NCBI RefSeq assembly: GCF_006345805.1
Contig: NW_021835956.1
Location: 62,001-126,000, forward strand
Reading direction: 5' to 3'
Length of the DNA stretch: 64,000 bases
Source of the DNA: Octopus sinensis
Lineage: Eukaryota
In this document: piece after piece, positions 1-12,580 of the stretch
Layout: each line of letters starts with the position of its first letter
Numbering within the stretch: position 1 is the stretch's first letter
Notes under the pieces: model-generated
The model's input: the letters and a program-made list of their open reading frames with translations, nothing else
Told to the model about the DNA's origin: nothing
The model's database searches: none
Made by a program: the position numbers and the translations under genes

Positions 1-458
1 ACTCCTACCTCTACCCGGAATTCTTCACTGTACACATTTCCAACCCTCACCCTACTAGCGGCGTCCCTATACATGGCCCGCACAGCTCTCACTAACCATT
101 CATCTATCCCTAGTTTCCTCATTGCCCACCAGATAAGGGATCGGGGGACCCTGTCGAAGGCTTTCTCCATGTCAACAAAAGCCAGGTACAGGGGCTTATC
201 TTTGGCTAGGTATTTCTCCTGCAGCTGCCTTACCAGGAATATAGCATCAGTAGTACTTTTCCCTGGCACAAACCCAAACTGCATCTCATCTAAACTAACT
301 CTCTCTCTAATTAGTTGGGCTATGACCCTCTCCGTAACCTTCATCACCTGGTCCAACAGCTTGATACCTCTGTAGTTATTTGTATCTAGGGCAACACCTT
401 TACCTTTGTAGCAGTTGACTATTATACTGCTACACCAGTCATTGGGTATGACCCCTTT
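1..458 (-). mobile_element. RTE-clade LINE, reverse transcriptase fragment (uninterrupted frame, 5'-truncated, continues beyond the left edge)
   Basis: Manual translation of 458->3 gives 152 codons with no stop: [149 protein letters not shown] and FVD.EKAFDRV are non-LTR RT motifs of RTE type. The listed + strand ORF 73..375 is its antisense shadow. Confidence 0.92.
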
Positions 459-476
459 GTATATACATAAATATAC

Positions 477-507
<31 letters not shown>

Positions 508-558
508 CACACATTCATATACATATTTTTTATATATACATACATATATATATATATA

Positions 559-605
<47 letters not shown>

Positions 606-609
606 TATA

Positions 610-839
610 GGGCTGCGAGCTGACAGAATCATTAGCATGCCAGGCGAAATGCTTAGCGGTATTTCGTCTGACATTACATTCTGAGTTCAAATTCCCCCGA
701 GGTCGACTTTGCCTATCATCCTTTCAGAGTCAATTAAATAAGTACCAGTTACACACTGGGTCGATGTAATCGACTTAATCCCTTTGTCTGTCCTTGTTTG
801 TTCCTTCTATGTTTAGCCCCCTGAGGGCAATAAAGAAAT
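610..839 (+). mobile_element. tRNA-derived SINE, family A (GGCGAGCTGGCAGAA head)
   Basis: Head with box-B-like GAGTTCAAATTCC, body GTCGACTTTGCCTTTCATCC, tail AATAAAGAAATA. Matches copies at about 7590-7780(-), 16690-16880, 25270-25450, 34311-34542, 41120-41330, 42480-42690, 51735-51950, 58528-58760 and 60345-60740(-, tandem). Octopus SINE families OK/OR1/OR2 are known, but I cannot assign names with certainty. Confidence 0.85.
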
Positions 840-898
840 ATATATATATGTGTATATATATATATGCATACATACATACATATATATATATACGTATT

Positions 899-1287
899 AC
901 TCTTTTACTCTTTTAATTGTTTCAGTCATTTGACTGCAGCCATGCTGGAGCACCGCCTTTAGTCGAGCAACTCGACCCTGGGACTTATTCTTGTAAGCCC
1001 AGTACTTATTCTATCGGTCTCTTTTGCCGAACCGCTAAGTGACGGGGACATAAACACACCCGCATCGGTTGTCAAGCAATGCTTGGGGGACAAACTCAGA
1101 CACACAAACACACACACACACACATATATATATGTATACATATATACAACGAGCTTCTTTCAGTTTCCGTCTACCAAATCCACTCACAAGGCTTTGGTCG
1201 GCCCGAGGCTATAGTAGAAGACACTTGCCCAAGGTGCCACGCAGTGGGACTGAACCCGGAACCATGTGGTTGGTAAGCAAGCTACAT
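899..1287 (-). mobile_element. tRNA-derived SINE, family B (internal TA/TG microsatellite, L2-like 3' stem-loop tail)
   Basis: Minus strand: head ..CCACATGGTTCCGGGTTCAGTCCCACTGCGTGGCACC, central (TA/TG)n, tail GGCGGTGCTCCAGCATGGC..CAGTCAAATGACTGAAAC..(TAAAAGAG)n. This is the most abundant repeat in the window. Confidence 0.85.
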
Positions 1288-1289
1288 AA

Positions 1290-1490
1290 TCATCAGCATC
1301 GTCATCGTTTAACATCCATTGTCCATACTGGCATGGGTTGGACAGTTTAACCAGAACTTGGAAGCTGGGGAGCTGCACCAGGCTTCAGTCTGGTTGCGCA
1401 TAATTTCTACAGCTGGTTGCCCTCCCTAATCCCAAACACTTTACAGAATGTGCTGCTTTTACATGTCAATACACTGGCACTTTTAGATGT
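1290..1490 (-). mobile_element. RTE-LINE 3'-tail-derived element ((GAT)n tail)
   Basis: Reverse complement of the conserved tail CATCCAGCTGTAGAAA...CCAACCCATGCCAGCATGGA..ATGTTAAACGATGA. Also seen at about 12890-13030, 18690-19095, 29530-29700, 30640-30800, 35860-35990, 48995-49150, 53140-53460, 53980-54130 and 62045-62240. Confidence 0.7.
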
Positions 1491-1556
1491 TGCTTTGCTG
1501 CACAGGAGATATATATGTATGTCAGTGTATGCATATATACATACACACACACACCC

Positions 1557-1603
<47 letters not shown>

Positions 1604-1702
1604 TTTTACAAATGAGGGTGAAAAATTTGATATTAATTTAATAATAGCATCAATTTAACACCAAGTGGCTTGGCACATAAAACCAGGGATAAAATACAAA
1701 TT

Positions 1703-1868
1703 TATACATAAATATGAGAGAGTAACCACTATGTGGTCGACTCTAGTGCTAAAAATAGATCCGCTATGGTATAGCCACTAAAAATTGTTTTAGTGGCTAT
1801 ACCATAGCGGATCTATTTTTAACACTAGAGTCGACCACATAGTGGTTACTCTCTCATATTTATGTATA
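1703..1868. repeat. Near-perfect palindrome, 81-bp arms, 4-nt loop
   Basis: 1703-1783 is the reverse complement of 1788-1868 with one mismatch (1749/1822); loop ATTG. Confidence 0.97.
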
Positions 1869-1904
1869 TATACATATATATATATATACATATATATTTA
1901 TATT

Positions 1905-1945
<41 letters not shown>

Positions 1946-1984
1946 CAGAGGTGACTATAGGTCATCAGTGACACTGGGACTCAC

Positions 1985-2124
1985 CACAGACATTGCATAA
2001 AACACATGCCTGCTCGAAGAATTTTGCTTTTTTCCACTATATTTCTAGCCCTAAATGACTTGTTTTTTATACCTAACACTATGTCTTTCTCCATTTCTAA
2101 TTTAAGGATAAAATTATAGCAAAC
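1985..2124 (-). other. Candidate coding exon of an unidentified host gene
   Basis: TTTTGCAG acceptor, GTGAGT donor, 140 nt, only one open frame (VCYNFILKLEMEKDIVLGIKNKSFRARNIVEKSKILRAGMCFMQCL). No recognised homology. Confidence 0.25.
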
Positions 2125-2733
2125 CTGCAAAATACAACTGATCTTTTGTCACAGATACACAGAATAACAGTAATCAAATAACAACAGTGGAGTGCACCAC
2201 ATACATCAGCGATCTGACTGTCAACTTTACTCTTGGCAAGAGATGCCAGTTAGTCTTTTACACCTACGAGGCTCGTTCGTATTGTCCCAAGTTGCTGGAT
2301 AAATTTTCATTATTTTAAGAATATTGTAGAATGGAAACTTTTCATAGATTGGAATTTAAATTCTAATCTCTATAGAAATTTATTGTTTCAAGAAAACATT
2401 GAATTTGAATCACTTTTAATTTTTATTATTATAGATAACAACTTCTGAACCCATGTCAGGTGTGAGTGAATGATGTTGAGAGAACATCTGCTATGAATAA
2501 TATTTTTTGGTACAGAGGTCTTCTAAAACACTGCCAGACACAGAACGTAAATAAATGAACAGCGACCAGGCTCAATAAAAGGCACCTGAGTTATTGGCTG
2601 CAATTACATACTTGAAGTCAATGTGTGCAGAAATTAAAGCAGCCAGCAAATACACATTCACTTTACTAAATTTATACTCGGGCTATGCCCAAACAGCCTG
2701 AGTGCCAGAGTCGCCACTGATATATATCATATA

Positions 2734-3288
2734 TTGGGTTGTCCAGAAAGTTTGCGCTGGTTTATAGTAGCTTACCTTTCGACTTATTTTAGAACATGGT
2801 TGAGTCCATAAAATAGAATTTGACTACACCTCTATTTAGAGCACAGTTCAAGCTATCTTTTCGTGGAAGACGGTTTATGTTCCTATAACCTGTGTTAATT
2901 CTGTAACCCTTTAAAATGGAAGATAAGAAAGTTCATTTTCGGCACTTGATGCTTTGGGAACCAGACAAAAATTGCTGCAGCTCAGCTGGGATGTGTTACC
3001 CCACCCTTCATATTCACCAGATATTGTTCCTTCAAATTTCCACTTATTCAGGTCTCTGCAGAATAGTCTTAATGGTAAAAATTTCAATTCCTTGGATAAC
3101 GTAAAAAGATACCTTTGCCATGAAACCACCTCAATTCTGGGAAGAGGGTATTTTCAAGTTAAAGGAAAGATGGAGATGCATTGTGCAACAAAATGGTTCA
3201 TATTTGGTTGATTAAAATTGTAATGGCAAGTATTTATTGACCTTTTTCTTTCCTTTAAAAATCAGCATGAACTTTCTGGACAACCCAA
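2734..3288 (+). mobile_element. Internally deleted mariner transposon (555 bp, MITE-like)
   Basis: TIRs TTGGGTTGTCCAGAAAGTT / AACTTTCTGGACAACCCAA, flanked by TA on both sides. The N-terminus MEDKKVHFRHLMLW is fused to the C-terminal TRQKLLQLSWDVLPHPSYSPDIVPSNFHLFRSLQNSLNG (YSPD motif). Confidence 0.92.
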
Positions 3289-3300
3289 TATGTGTATATG

Positions 3301-3354
<54 letters not shown>

Positions 3355-3355
<1 letters not shown>

Positions 3356-3680
3356 AGAATGTATTTGAAATGAGATAATTCAAGAATGAAGCAGTCTGAA
3401 TGATATAATTGCAGAGTATCTAAAGCACAAGTTCTGCTGTGCCAGATATATCATAAGGTTCACAGACCACAGGTGAACCCGTGCAGTTGCCATGTGGTAT
3501 CCAAGAGATCAGAAATGACCTGTTGGAAGGCCTCCATGATAGGAAGACAATTTAGTCAAGCAATTTGGGTAAAGATGGGAAAGAATGGCACAGTCAAGAC
3601 AGAATTGGAAGTGCATTATGACCAGCAATGTATAACAGCATCAAATGGTCTGGCCAGCCGATATTTTGTGATATTATGAT
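3355..3680 (+). mobile_element. Degenerate RTE-type LINE C-terminal fragment
   Basis: Frame with stops reads SSLNDIIAEYLKHKF..DHR*TRAVAMWYPRDQK*PVGRPP, resembling the RTE C-terminal W.RAV.EWYPR..KRP.GRP motif. Confidence 0.6.
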
Positions 3681-4416
3681 GTGTGTATGTGCGTGCACAT
3701 GTGAGTGTGTGTGTGTGTGTCTTTAGATAGTTGGAGTGACACTCTCATTAACAATCTTACATACACTCTTACTGGACTGGTATCAAATGGATGAAACATT
3801 TTGAAGCAGTATTCAATGGGAGGAAGCCCTTATTTGTTTCTAAGTAAAATACTCTTTTCCACTCATCTTCACACACACACACACACATGCACTTAATATT
3901 TTAAGAGCAGCATTTATTCTTCATGAAGGATATAATCAACCACTATATCAATGTAAAAACAAACATACATATGCATGCTTGGCTTCTACATAGATTCAAT
4001 TATATCTATTTTTTTAAATAATTTTACTTGTTTCAGTCATTGAACTGTGGCCATACTGGGGCACTGCTTTGAACAATCTCAGTACTCATTTTTTAAAACT
4101 GGTACTTGTTTTATTGGTCACTTTTTGCCAAACTGCTAATCTATGAGGACATAAATAATCTAACACTAGATATCAAGTGGTGTTGTATGCCAAACACACA
4201 CTCAGACAAACTTATGTATGTATATATATGTATATTTATATATTTATATATATATATATGTATGTATATACATATATATACACATACACACTCATATATA
4301 TATACATATACATACATATATATATATATATGTATATATATATAGAAATTCGGGGTGAGCACTTGATAATTATAAGCACCTGTGTACACCGTTTGGTGGT
4401 GTAGGTGGTGGAGTAA

Positions 4417-6653
4417 ATTGATCAAAATAAAATCATGATGCCAAGGATTCAGCGGTACATATGTTTCGGGCCTTTATTAGACAGATTTATAGCAATGCAT
4501 AATGTATGTCTGTGGCCTTCTTCAGCCGCACACAACAGCTTCCACAAGGACATGTGTTACATCAAAAATTCTTGGTTGGGGATGCAAATCCTCTCATTCG
4601 CGTACGACATAATGCAGCAACAGCATAGAATTGAAGCGTCCATCTCTTTCTTCTCTCAATGTAGAATGAGGAAATTTGGATGTTGAAGTAATGTAAATAA
4701 ATAAATACATATATATTCCCTGCATTTTCCTCCTATATATACACATTTTGTCTCCCATATATGTTTTTTCCCTACATATTTCTTCTCCTACACCTATATC
4801 CTTCCTATCTAGTCTCTTTATTTCCCTATATCTATATCTTTTCACATTTCTAACTCAGATGTTGAACGCACACCGCCAAACTCCACTTCCCACCCTTCCA
4901 ATTTTCAGTTCCCCCCGCCCGCCCCTACGTGGGCACCTTTAGCACACACCTTTAACTTTCAACCACCTTCATCTCATGTTAAACTTTACCAGATTATATT
5001 TTTATTTTACTTTATCCTATTCTATTTCGCTTTACCTTTATTCTTATTTTTATTTTCATCCCTTATTTTAATTCTTATAGCTCTTATAATTTTTATATTT
5101 CATTTCTAACTTTTATATTGTATTTCTTATTTTATATTGTATTTCTTACTTTTATTTCTAATTTTTATTCTTACCCTCATTCTTACCCCTAACTTATCAC
5201 TGTATATCTCTATATATGTCTATTTTTTTTGCTTATCCCTTATTTACATATCTATGGATCCGCTTTATGATTATACGTGCGTCCATGTACGTATGTATAC
5301 GTATACATATGCGTACATATGTACGAGTAAACATCTACGTCTGGATGTGCATACCCCGTTACTCATCTCTAATAATTTTCTTTAATAATTTTTTAAAACT
5401 TCTTACGTATTTCTTTACATTTTTTTACATGTTTTCGCAGATTTCTTATATGCATATGTTTACACCTATTTGTATACATCTTTTAATATCTTATAGCTAT
5501 ACCTATATGCGCGTATGTCTCTGTGTGTGTATGTAAGTGTATATGTGCACGCACATATGGACACATAGCCGTGTGTGCGTGCACGTGTAGATGTGAGTGC
5601 GTGTTTCTTTACATGCGTTCTTATATACATCCTTTAATATCTTATATCTAAACCTGGACGTGTGGGCAACTGTGTATGTGTATGTAAGGATGGACGTACG
5701 TATGTATATATGGGTGTGTACACGTATAATGTCCGTGTATATATGCGCATATTCTGTTGTATGTATGTATATATGCGCGCGTGTGTGTGGGTGTATATGT
5801 GCTTATGTACATGTTTACACGTGAGTGTGTATGTATGCTTATATGCTTGGAGCCGTGTATGCGCGCGTATATGTGCGCGTGTATATGGGTGTATGTATCC
5901 ATGATGGTATGTATGTACAAGATGACCACTTAATTCAAAGAACTAGATTAACCGCTCAACAGCTCTGATTTACAATACACTAGGTCCCCAGACGCCCCTG
6001 TTGATTTATTGACACCCAAAGCTTCTACAACTAAATTTTGTCAATTTCCTGACCACCATGTTTGGTCCGTAACCTCTATACATCCCTTATCTTTATACTT
6101 TTTTACATTTTTTTACATTTTTATCATTTTTATTCCTATTTTTATTTTTTTACTTTTATTTCTATTTCTATTTTTACTTTATAACCTTATGCCTTTATAT
6201 TCATTTATATTTTTTTTATATTCTTTATATCCCCTTTATATCTCCTTATATCTCTTTATATCTTTATACTCTACATTTTTATATTTTTCTATACTTACAC
6301 TTTTTAATATATTTTTTATCCTTCGTCCTGAATTCTCGCCCCTCCATCTTCACGTCTATATATGTATTTATTTATTTACATTACTTCAACATCCAAATTT
6401 CCTCATTCTACATTGAGAGAAGAAGGAGATGGACGCTTCAATCCTATGCTGTTGCCGCATTATGTTGTACGTGAATGAGAGGATTTGCATCCCCAACCAA
6501 GAATTTTTGATGTAACACATGTCCTTGTGGAAGCTGTTGTGCGCGACTGAAGAAGGCCACAGACATACATTATGCATTGTTATAAATCTGTCTAATAAAG
6601 GCCCGAAACATATGTACCACTGAATCCTTGGCATCATGTTTTTATTTTGATCA

Positions 6654-6655
<2 letters not shown>
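4417..6655. mobile_element. Fold-back element with 299-bp inverted arms (4417-4715 and 6357-6655), probably Penelope pLTR-derived
   Basis: The arms are colinear without indels and differ at 10 positions (9 transitions). The interior is pyrimidine-skewed and degenerate TA/TG repeat. Each arm contains a hammerhead-like motif. Confidence 0.8.
4452..4529 (-). ncRNA. Type I hammerhead ribozyme-like motif (canonical CUGAAGA/GAAA core, GUA site)
   Basis: Minus strand: GCGG-CTGAAGA-AGGCC(..ACAGA..TCTGT..)GGCCC-GAAA-CATATG-TA-CCGC. Stem I GCGG/CCGC, stem II GGCC/GGCC with an A.C closing mismatch, palindromic stem III. The copy at about 6543-6620(+) has a damaged stem I. Confidence 0.65.
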
Positions 6656-6702
<47 letters not shown>

Positions 6703-8731
6703 GAGGGCATTATTATACATAGATGCCACACGCTAAGAGGGACAAAAAGTCATTTCTACCAAAAATTTTACTAATCCCGCCGAATGCAATCTTTCAAAGC
6801 AAGACATTTAAAAAATATAGACTTGTATCACCTGTGATTTCGTACTTACGTACTCTTCAGCAAGCCTGAACGTATCATAAATAAACGACCCGGTCTCGTC
6901 GAAGCCAAGCAGCTAACTGTTCAACGTCAACGAAGCACATGGGGGAGTACACACACATGTACACTGTCATCGTGGAAATATGGCTTACTAACATTTGCTG
7001 AGCTACTAAAATGTTATGTGACGTTTTTCTGACAGTCACTAAACTAGCAAGAGACAACAAGAATATATTACTTATGCTGCCAACTCATACAATAATAAGC
7101 ATACACACACACATGCTCAGGCATGCACACACACATACACATGCATGCACACATACTCACATGCAAACACACTCATATGCACACACACACACATACAGAC
7201 ATGCCTAAGTGGAATATTAAAATATAATAATAAGCAACTATAAAATCTAAAGTATAATTTTACTTATGCATTTTTATCTCATTTGCTCAGAAAACAAGCA
7301 TTTTGATTTTCAAAATTACTATTCTAAATTACGTAATTGCTCTAAATGACTTATATTTCTAACGAGTAAAAATTTCTCAGCATTTACCACAATGCTTGTG
7401 GGCAAACAGCATTTTTAAGCTTTTCTGTCTGGAGCTAAAAAGAAGACATTTCAGAATAAGCCACATAATCTATGATCATCTTGAAAAGGTGTCCCTCTAC
7501 ATATATTTTCAGTTAGCTGAATATGAAACTGTGGCCTCCAGCACGGAACATACATACAAAGATACAAACATATAGCTTTATACATTAAAACTTAGGGGGT
7601 CGGGGTAAGTCGATTACATTGACCCCATTACTTGAGTGATACTTATTTTATTGATCCTGAAGGGACGAAAGACAAAGTCGACCTCAGCAGAATTTGAACT
7701 CAGAACATAAAACCAGACGAAATGCCACTTAGCATTTTGGCCATTGTGTTAATAGTTGTGCTAGCTTGCCACCGTGCAGTGCTTATATTTGGTATCTGAG
7801 GAGACAAGTTAAAACAACCCAATATATGTCAGTTTGTGCATAGATTATTTAATATTATCACATAAGAGTAAACAAAGAATCGTAATTAGTATATTATATA
7901 TACCTCTGCAACAAAATTCAATGTGATAGGATCGTAGACATAGTTGTCATTTAAACACATAAAATTCATCAAAATTCATTTATACTATGCTTGTGTTATA
8001 GTGACCTCAGATATCCTTCCTGGCTGAGTTGGACGTTCAGCATATATTTGGCAATCTGTATTAAAAGCATTTAACAGGGATAAGAGAATTAAAGACAGGG
8101 ATAATACAAGATTTGTTAGAAGGTGGAGGCCTCACAATTAAGGCTATGATGATAAAGGCTTTTGCATTTTGGATGATGTTGAGAGTATAGCATCAAAGAT
8201 CAAATAGAGAGGAAATAGGAGATTAGTTAAAGCAAATGGAGATTTGCTTGGCAAAGGAACAGAATGCAAATGATGAGTTTGTAGGCTGTGTTCTATAGAG
8301 ATATATGTTTTAGCCAGAAACAATCAACCCATGAAATCTTATCACAGATTATGTTGTTATTGTTCTTGGAAGAGTTATCGCAAAAGTGATAAAGTTTAAG
8401 AAATGTATTAACCTTATCATTAACTTGATTAAGATTTGTTTTGTTTCCTTGTTTCAACATTTCAGTTGATACATTCTCTGATTATTTTCAGATGACATAT
8501 TTTTACACTTAAATGTAAGCAAGCACACACATGCACGCATGCACACACACACACATACACACATACACATACACACACACACATACACATACACACATTC
8601 ACGTGCATGCCACACATATACACATGCTTGCACACACATACACACACACATACAGACAGACACGCACATACACTCACATGCATACACATGCATATATATG
8701 CATGCACACTCACACACATTTACACACAAAC

Positions 8732-8796
<65 letters not shown>

Positions 8797-8931
8797 AACA
8801 CAGACACACAATATGTATCTTTAAACAACAAAGGAACATATATGCAAACATACATATTAAAAAAAACACGTGCACATGCCTGCACACACACACACACACA
8901 CACATCTATGTATAAATCTATATATACATAT

Positions 8932-8974
<43 letters not shown>

Positions 8975-10442
8975 AACAAAGGGTGCACAATGCAACTGTA
9001 GGCATAAAACGTAAGAGAATAACATCACACAGCAAAAAAATCACACTCCAAGGGAAAAAGCATACAAGATGCATGAAAGAAAAACTCCTTTTAATAATGA
9101 TGGCCCTTATGCAGCCAAGAAAGCAACTGCATGCCCCATGACACCTGTTCTGCACATCCACAAGCACATGACAATAATGTGCAACAAGTTGTTGGTATTG
9201 TTGGGATGCTGGCTTGCCCCAACCTGCAGAAGTTTTCTAATGGAAGCAGCAGTGTTATCAATTCAAATCAGGAGGATTAGAAAGTCACAAAATGTTCACA
9301 AGGTTCTCCAGAGTCATGCAAGATATGAACAGATCTCTCTTCATCATGTAGGACAGGTACCTGATGTTTGTATGCATGCTGTATACATATGATAATGAAG
9401 AAAATGTCACCAACGGCCCATGTGTAATTACATTTCTGATACACACACACACATATATGTATGCATGTAGGTATATATACAATGGACTTCCACATAGTTT
9501 CTTTTTACAAAACTCATCTGTAAGGCATTTATCTATTTGAAGCTAAAGTAAAAACACTTGCCCACAGTGCCATGCATTAGAATTGAACCCAAAATGATGT
9601 GGCTGCAAAGGGAGGTTTTTAACTACAGTTATGCTGGCAAAGCACACATCAGCTCGAAATACAAATATTAATTACCAAATCCTTTCATTTTATTTAAACT
9701 AGATACGAAATAACAGCTACATATTTTATCTTATTAGTATTATTTTTTTTCCATTTTGGGGTCATGTGTGAATGTATATGATTGTGTAGAAATAGATATG
9801 AACTGAGTGAATATGCATGTAAGCACGTTTTTGAACTTATACAACCTTTTGTAGATATACGGATGTGTATTTTTAGACATATCGATATATATATATATAT
9901 ATATGTGTTCAAGTGTAGAAAAATTACAGTGGTGTATATGTACATGGGAGAGTGTGAGTGTGTGTGTTTGCAAGTGTATAGATATGCACAACTGCTTTTT
10001 GCCAACTGTTCTCATCACTGCTACTATCTAAACCATTTATCATTTTTAACTTAAAATTTCCTTTGATCTATGACAGCTTAGGAAGTTACCTTTCCTTTCT
10101 TTTCCTTAGACATACTGATCACAGTCTTCTTTCTTTCTTTATTCCACTGATAAAATAAAAATAATGGCCTTCTTTTTCTCACTGCTATAAAAAGATTGTT
10201 CTTTTATGTTTATACACAGTTCCACATTTAGCACTGTCAACCAACTAATGCTGGTTAATAATAATGAATGGAAATAATATTTTCTTCTGAAGATCTGATA
10301 TGTCAATGTTCTTATGTAGTAATTGACTTTATAATTACCTCGTAATATACAAGTATTTCACAGTGAAATACATATAAAGTTTATATAATTTAAGATATAA
10401 TTTAAAAATGTAAACTAGTTCCTCTGTTTTATTCTACTCTTG

Positions 10443-10480
<38 letters not shown>

Positions 10481-10523
10481 TAGATAGATGTGAATATATA
10501 TATTTTAATATTTCACTTAAGCA

Positions 10524-10810
10524 TGTGGAGGCACGTGGCCTAGTGGTTAGAACAGCGGTCGAGGGATCACGGGTTTGACTCTCAGACTGGGTAATGTGTG
10601 TGTTTATGAGCGAATCACCTAAGCTCCACAGAGATCTGGGAGACTTCTGCTGACTCTTTCATCTCAACTTTCTCTCAGTCTTTCCTCTTGCATATAGCAG
10701 CTCACCTGCAATGGACCGGTGTCCTGTCCAGGTGGGGAACTTATATGCTAGTAAAACCAGGAAACTGGCCCTTATAAGCCAGGCATGGCTCGAGAAGGAA
10801 CAAACAACAA
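10524..10810 (+). mobile_element. tRNA-derived SINE related to family C
   Basis: Head GGAGGCACGTGGCCTAGTGGTTAGAACAGCGG..GGGTTTGACTCTCAGACTGGG; body GAGCGAATCACCTAAGCTCCAC shared with 33105-33491. Confidence 0.65.
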
Positions 10811-10872
10811 ACACTTAAGCATAGCGATACTAATAACCTGGTGTTAGAATTCAATATCATTCTTTCTTTTAT

Positions 10873-11262
10873 TCTTTTACTTGTTTTAGTCATTTGACTG
10901 TGACCATGCTGGAGTACTGCATTAAAGGGTTTCAGTCAGACAAATTGACCCCAGTACTTTTTGTTTTACAAAGCCTAGTACTTATTCTGTCAGTCTCTTT
11001 TGCCAAACTACGGAGATGTAAACACACCAACATTAGACGTCAAGCAGTGATGGGGTGACAAACACAGACTCAAACATGCACACACAGATATATACATATC
11101 TGTACAACAGGCTTCTTTCAGTTTCTGTCTGCCAAATCCACTCACAAGGTCTTGGTCAGCCTGAGGTCATAGAAGACATTTGCTTGAAGTGCCATGCAGT
11201 GGGACTGAACCCAGGACCATGTGGTAGGGAAGCAAGTTTCTTACCACACAACTACACCTGCA
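10873..11262 (-). mobile_element. SINE family B copy
   Basis: Full head, body and tail, homologous to 899-1287. Confidence 0.8.
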
Positions 11263-11369
11263 CCTTTATCATTATATTCTATTTCTCAGAGTTCTCGGTC
11301 TTACTTGCTCTGATTGTTTCTGTGAGAGTAGCCAACAACCTGTTGTCAGAAGTCTCTCAGCATCTCATT

Positions 11370-11640
11370 CGAAAAATTTATAAGACCTGGTACGCAAAAC
11401 ACAAGCACCAATCTCAAAATCCAAGCTGTCTAGCTGAACTTGGTTGTTCCTGCTTTGAGTACCTCTACAACTACTGGGATAAGAGTTACTCTTCTCATTG
11501 CCCACATTCTTGCAGTTTCGTCTTTTAGTAATCTATATTTTTCCACCTCTCCCAGCTCTTTGTACCTATGTGTGTAACTCCAGGTGTGGCAATATCTAAG
11601 AATAAACAGCCAAGAAATTATGACAAGGGGTGCACTGGTA
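11370..11640 (-). mobile_element. RLE-type (R4/Dong-like) non-LTR retrotransposon 3' fragment
   Basis: Minus frames give CLFLDIATPG and EVEKYRLLKDETARMWAMRRVTLIPVVV, matching the D.A.P and EK..KY..L..E..R.W....V..PVV motifs of the restriction-like endonuclease end. Confidence 0.55.
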
Positions 11641-11685
11641 ATACACTGATTTTCAACCCTATCAAATATATAAACCTATATACAA

Positions 11686-11722
<37 letters not shown>

Positions 11723-11736
11723 CACATATATATTTA

Positions 11737-12107
11737 CTCTTACTCATTTACTTATTTCAGTCATTTGACTGTGGCCATGCTGGAGCACCGCCTTTTGTCG
11801 AGAAAATCAACCCCAGGACTTATTCTTTGTAAGCCTAGTACTTATTCTATCGGTCTCTTTTGCCGAACACACAAGCATCAGTTGGGGGACAAACACAGAC
11901 ACACAAACATATACACACACACACACACATACATATATATGTATACATATATACGACAGGCTTCTTTCAGTTTGCGTCTACCAAATCCGCTCAGAAAGCC
12001 CGAGGCTAGAGTAGAAGACACTTGCCCAAAGTGCCCCGTACTAGGACTGAACCTGGAACCATGTGGTTGGTAAGCAAGCTACTTACCACACAGCCACTCC
12101 TACGCCT
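11737..12107 (-). mobile_element. SINE family B copy
   Basis: Homologous to 899-1287, with a small internal deletion. Confidence 0.8.
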
Positions 12108-12532
12108 ATATATATATATATATATATACACATACATTCATACGTACATCTGTGAGTGTGTGTGTGAGTTGTTATTCAAAAATATAGCTTGATTTCTTTT
12201 TTAATGTTTATATGTTTATCTTCTTTAAATTCAAGTTATATTTCATGATATAATTGAACTACTGATCTAAACCTGATTTTTTTTTTTGTTTATATCAAGC
12301 TTTGTATAAAACCATGAATGAAAAAAGAGCAAGTCGTTTAGTTCTATAATTACAATGCTTTTGTTTGTGTATGTGTGAGTGTGTGCGTGCATGTGTATGC
12401 CCACGCACACACATACATATATGTTTATAATTATATATTTGTATGTATCTATATTATATACACTAGGCAAATATATATATGTATATAGTTACAGTGTGTA
12501 TATATATACATATACATATATATATATATATT

Positions 12533-12580
<48 letters not shown>

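Noticed and set aside
73-375. 100-aa + strand ORF
   Set aside because: Antisense shadow of the RTE reverse transcriptase frame.
4435-4686. 83-aa ORF MMPRIQRYICF.. and its twin at 6386-6637
   Set aside because: It is duplicated only because it lies in the inverted arms, runs antisense to the hammerhead motif, and has no recognisable domain.
6845-7000. Relatively CpG-rich stretch ending in a GTAAGT donor on the minus strand
   Set aside because: No open frame reaches the donor; it could be a UTR exon or a repeat relic, and the sequence alone cannot decide.
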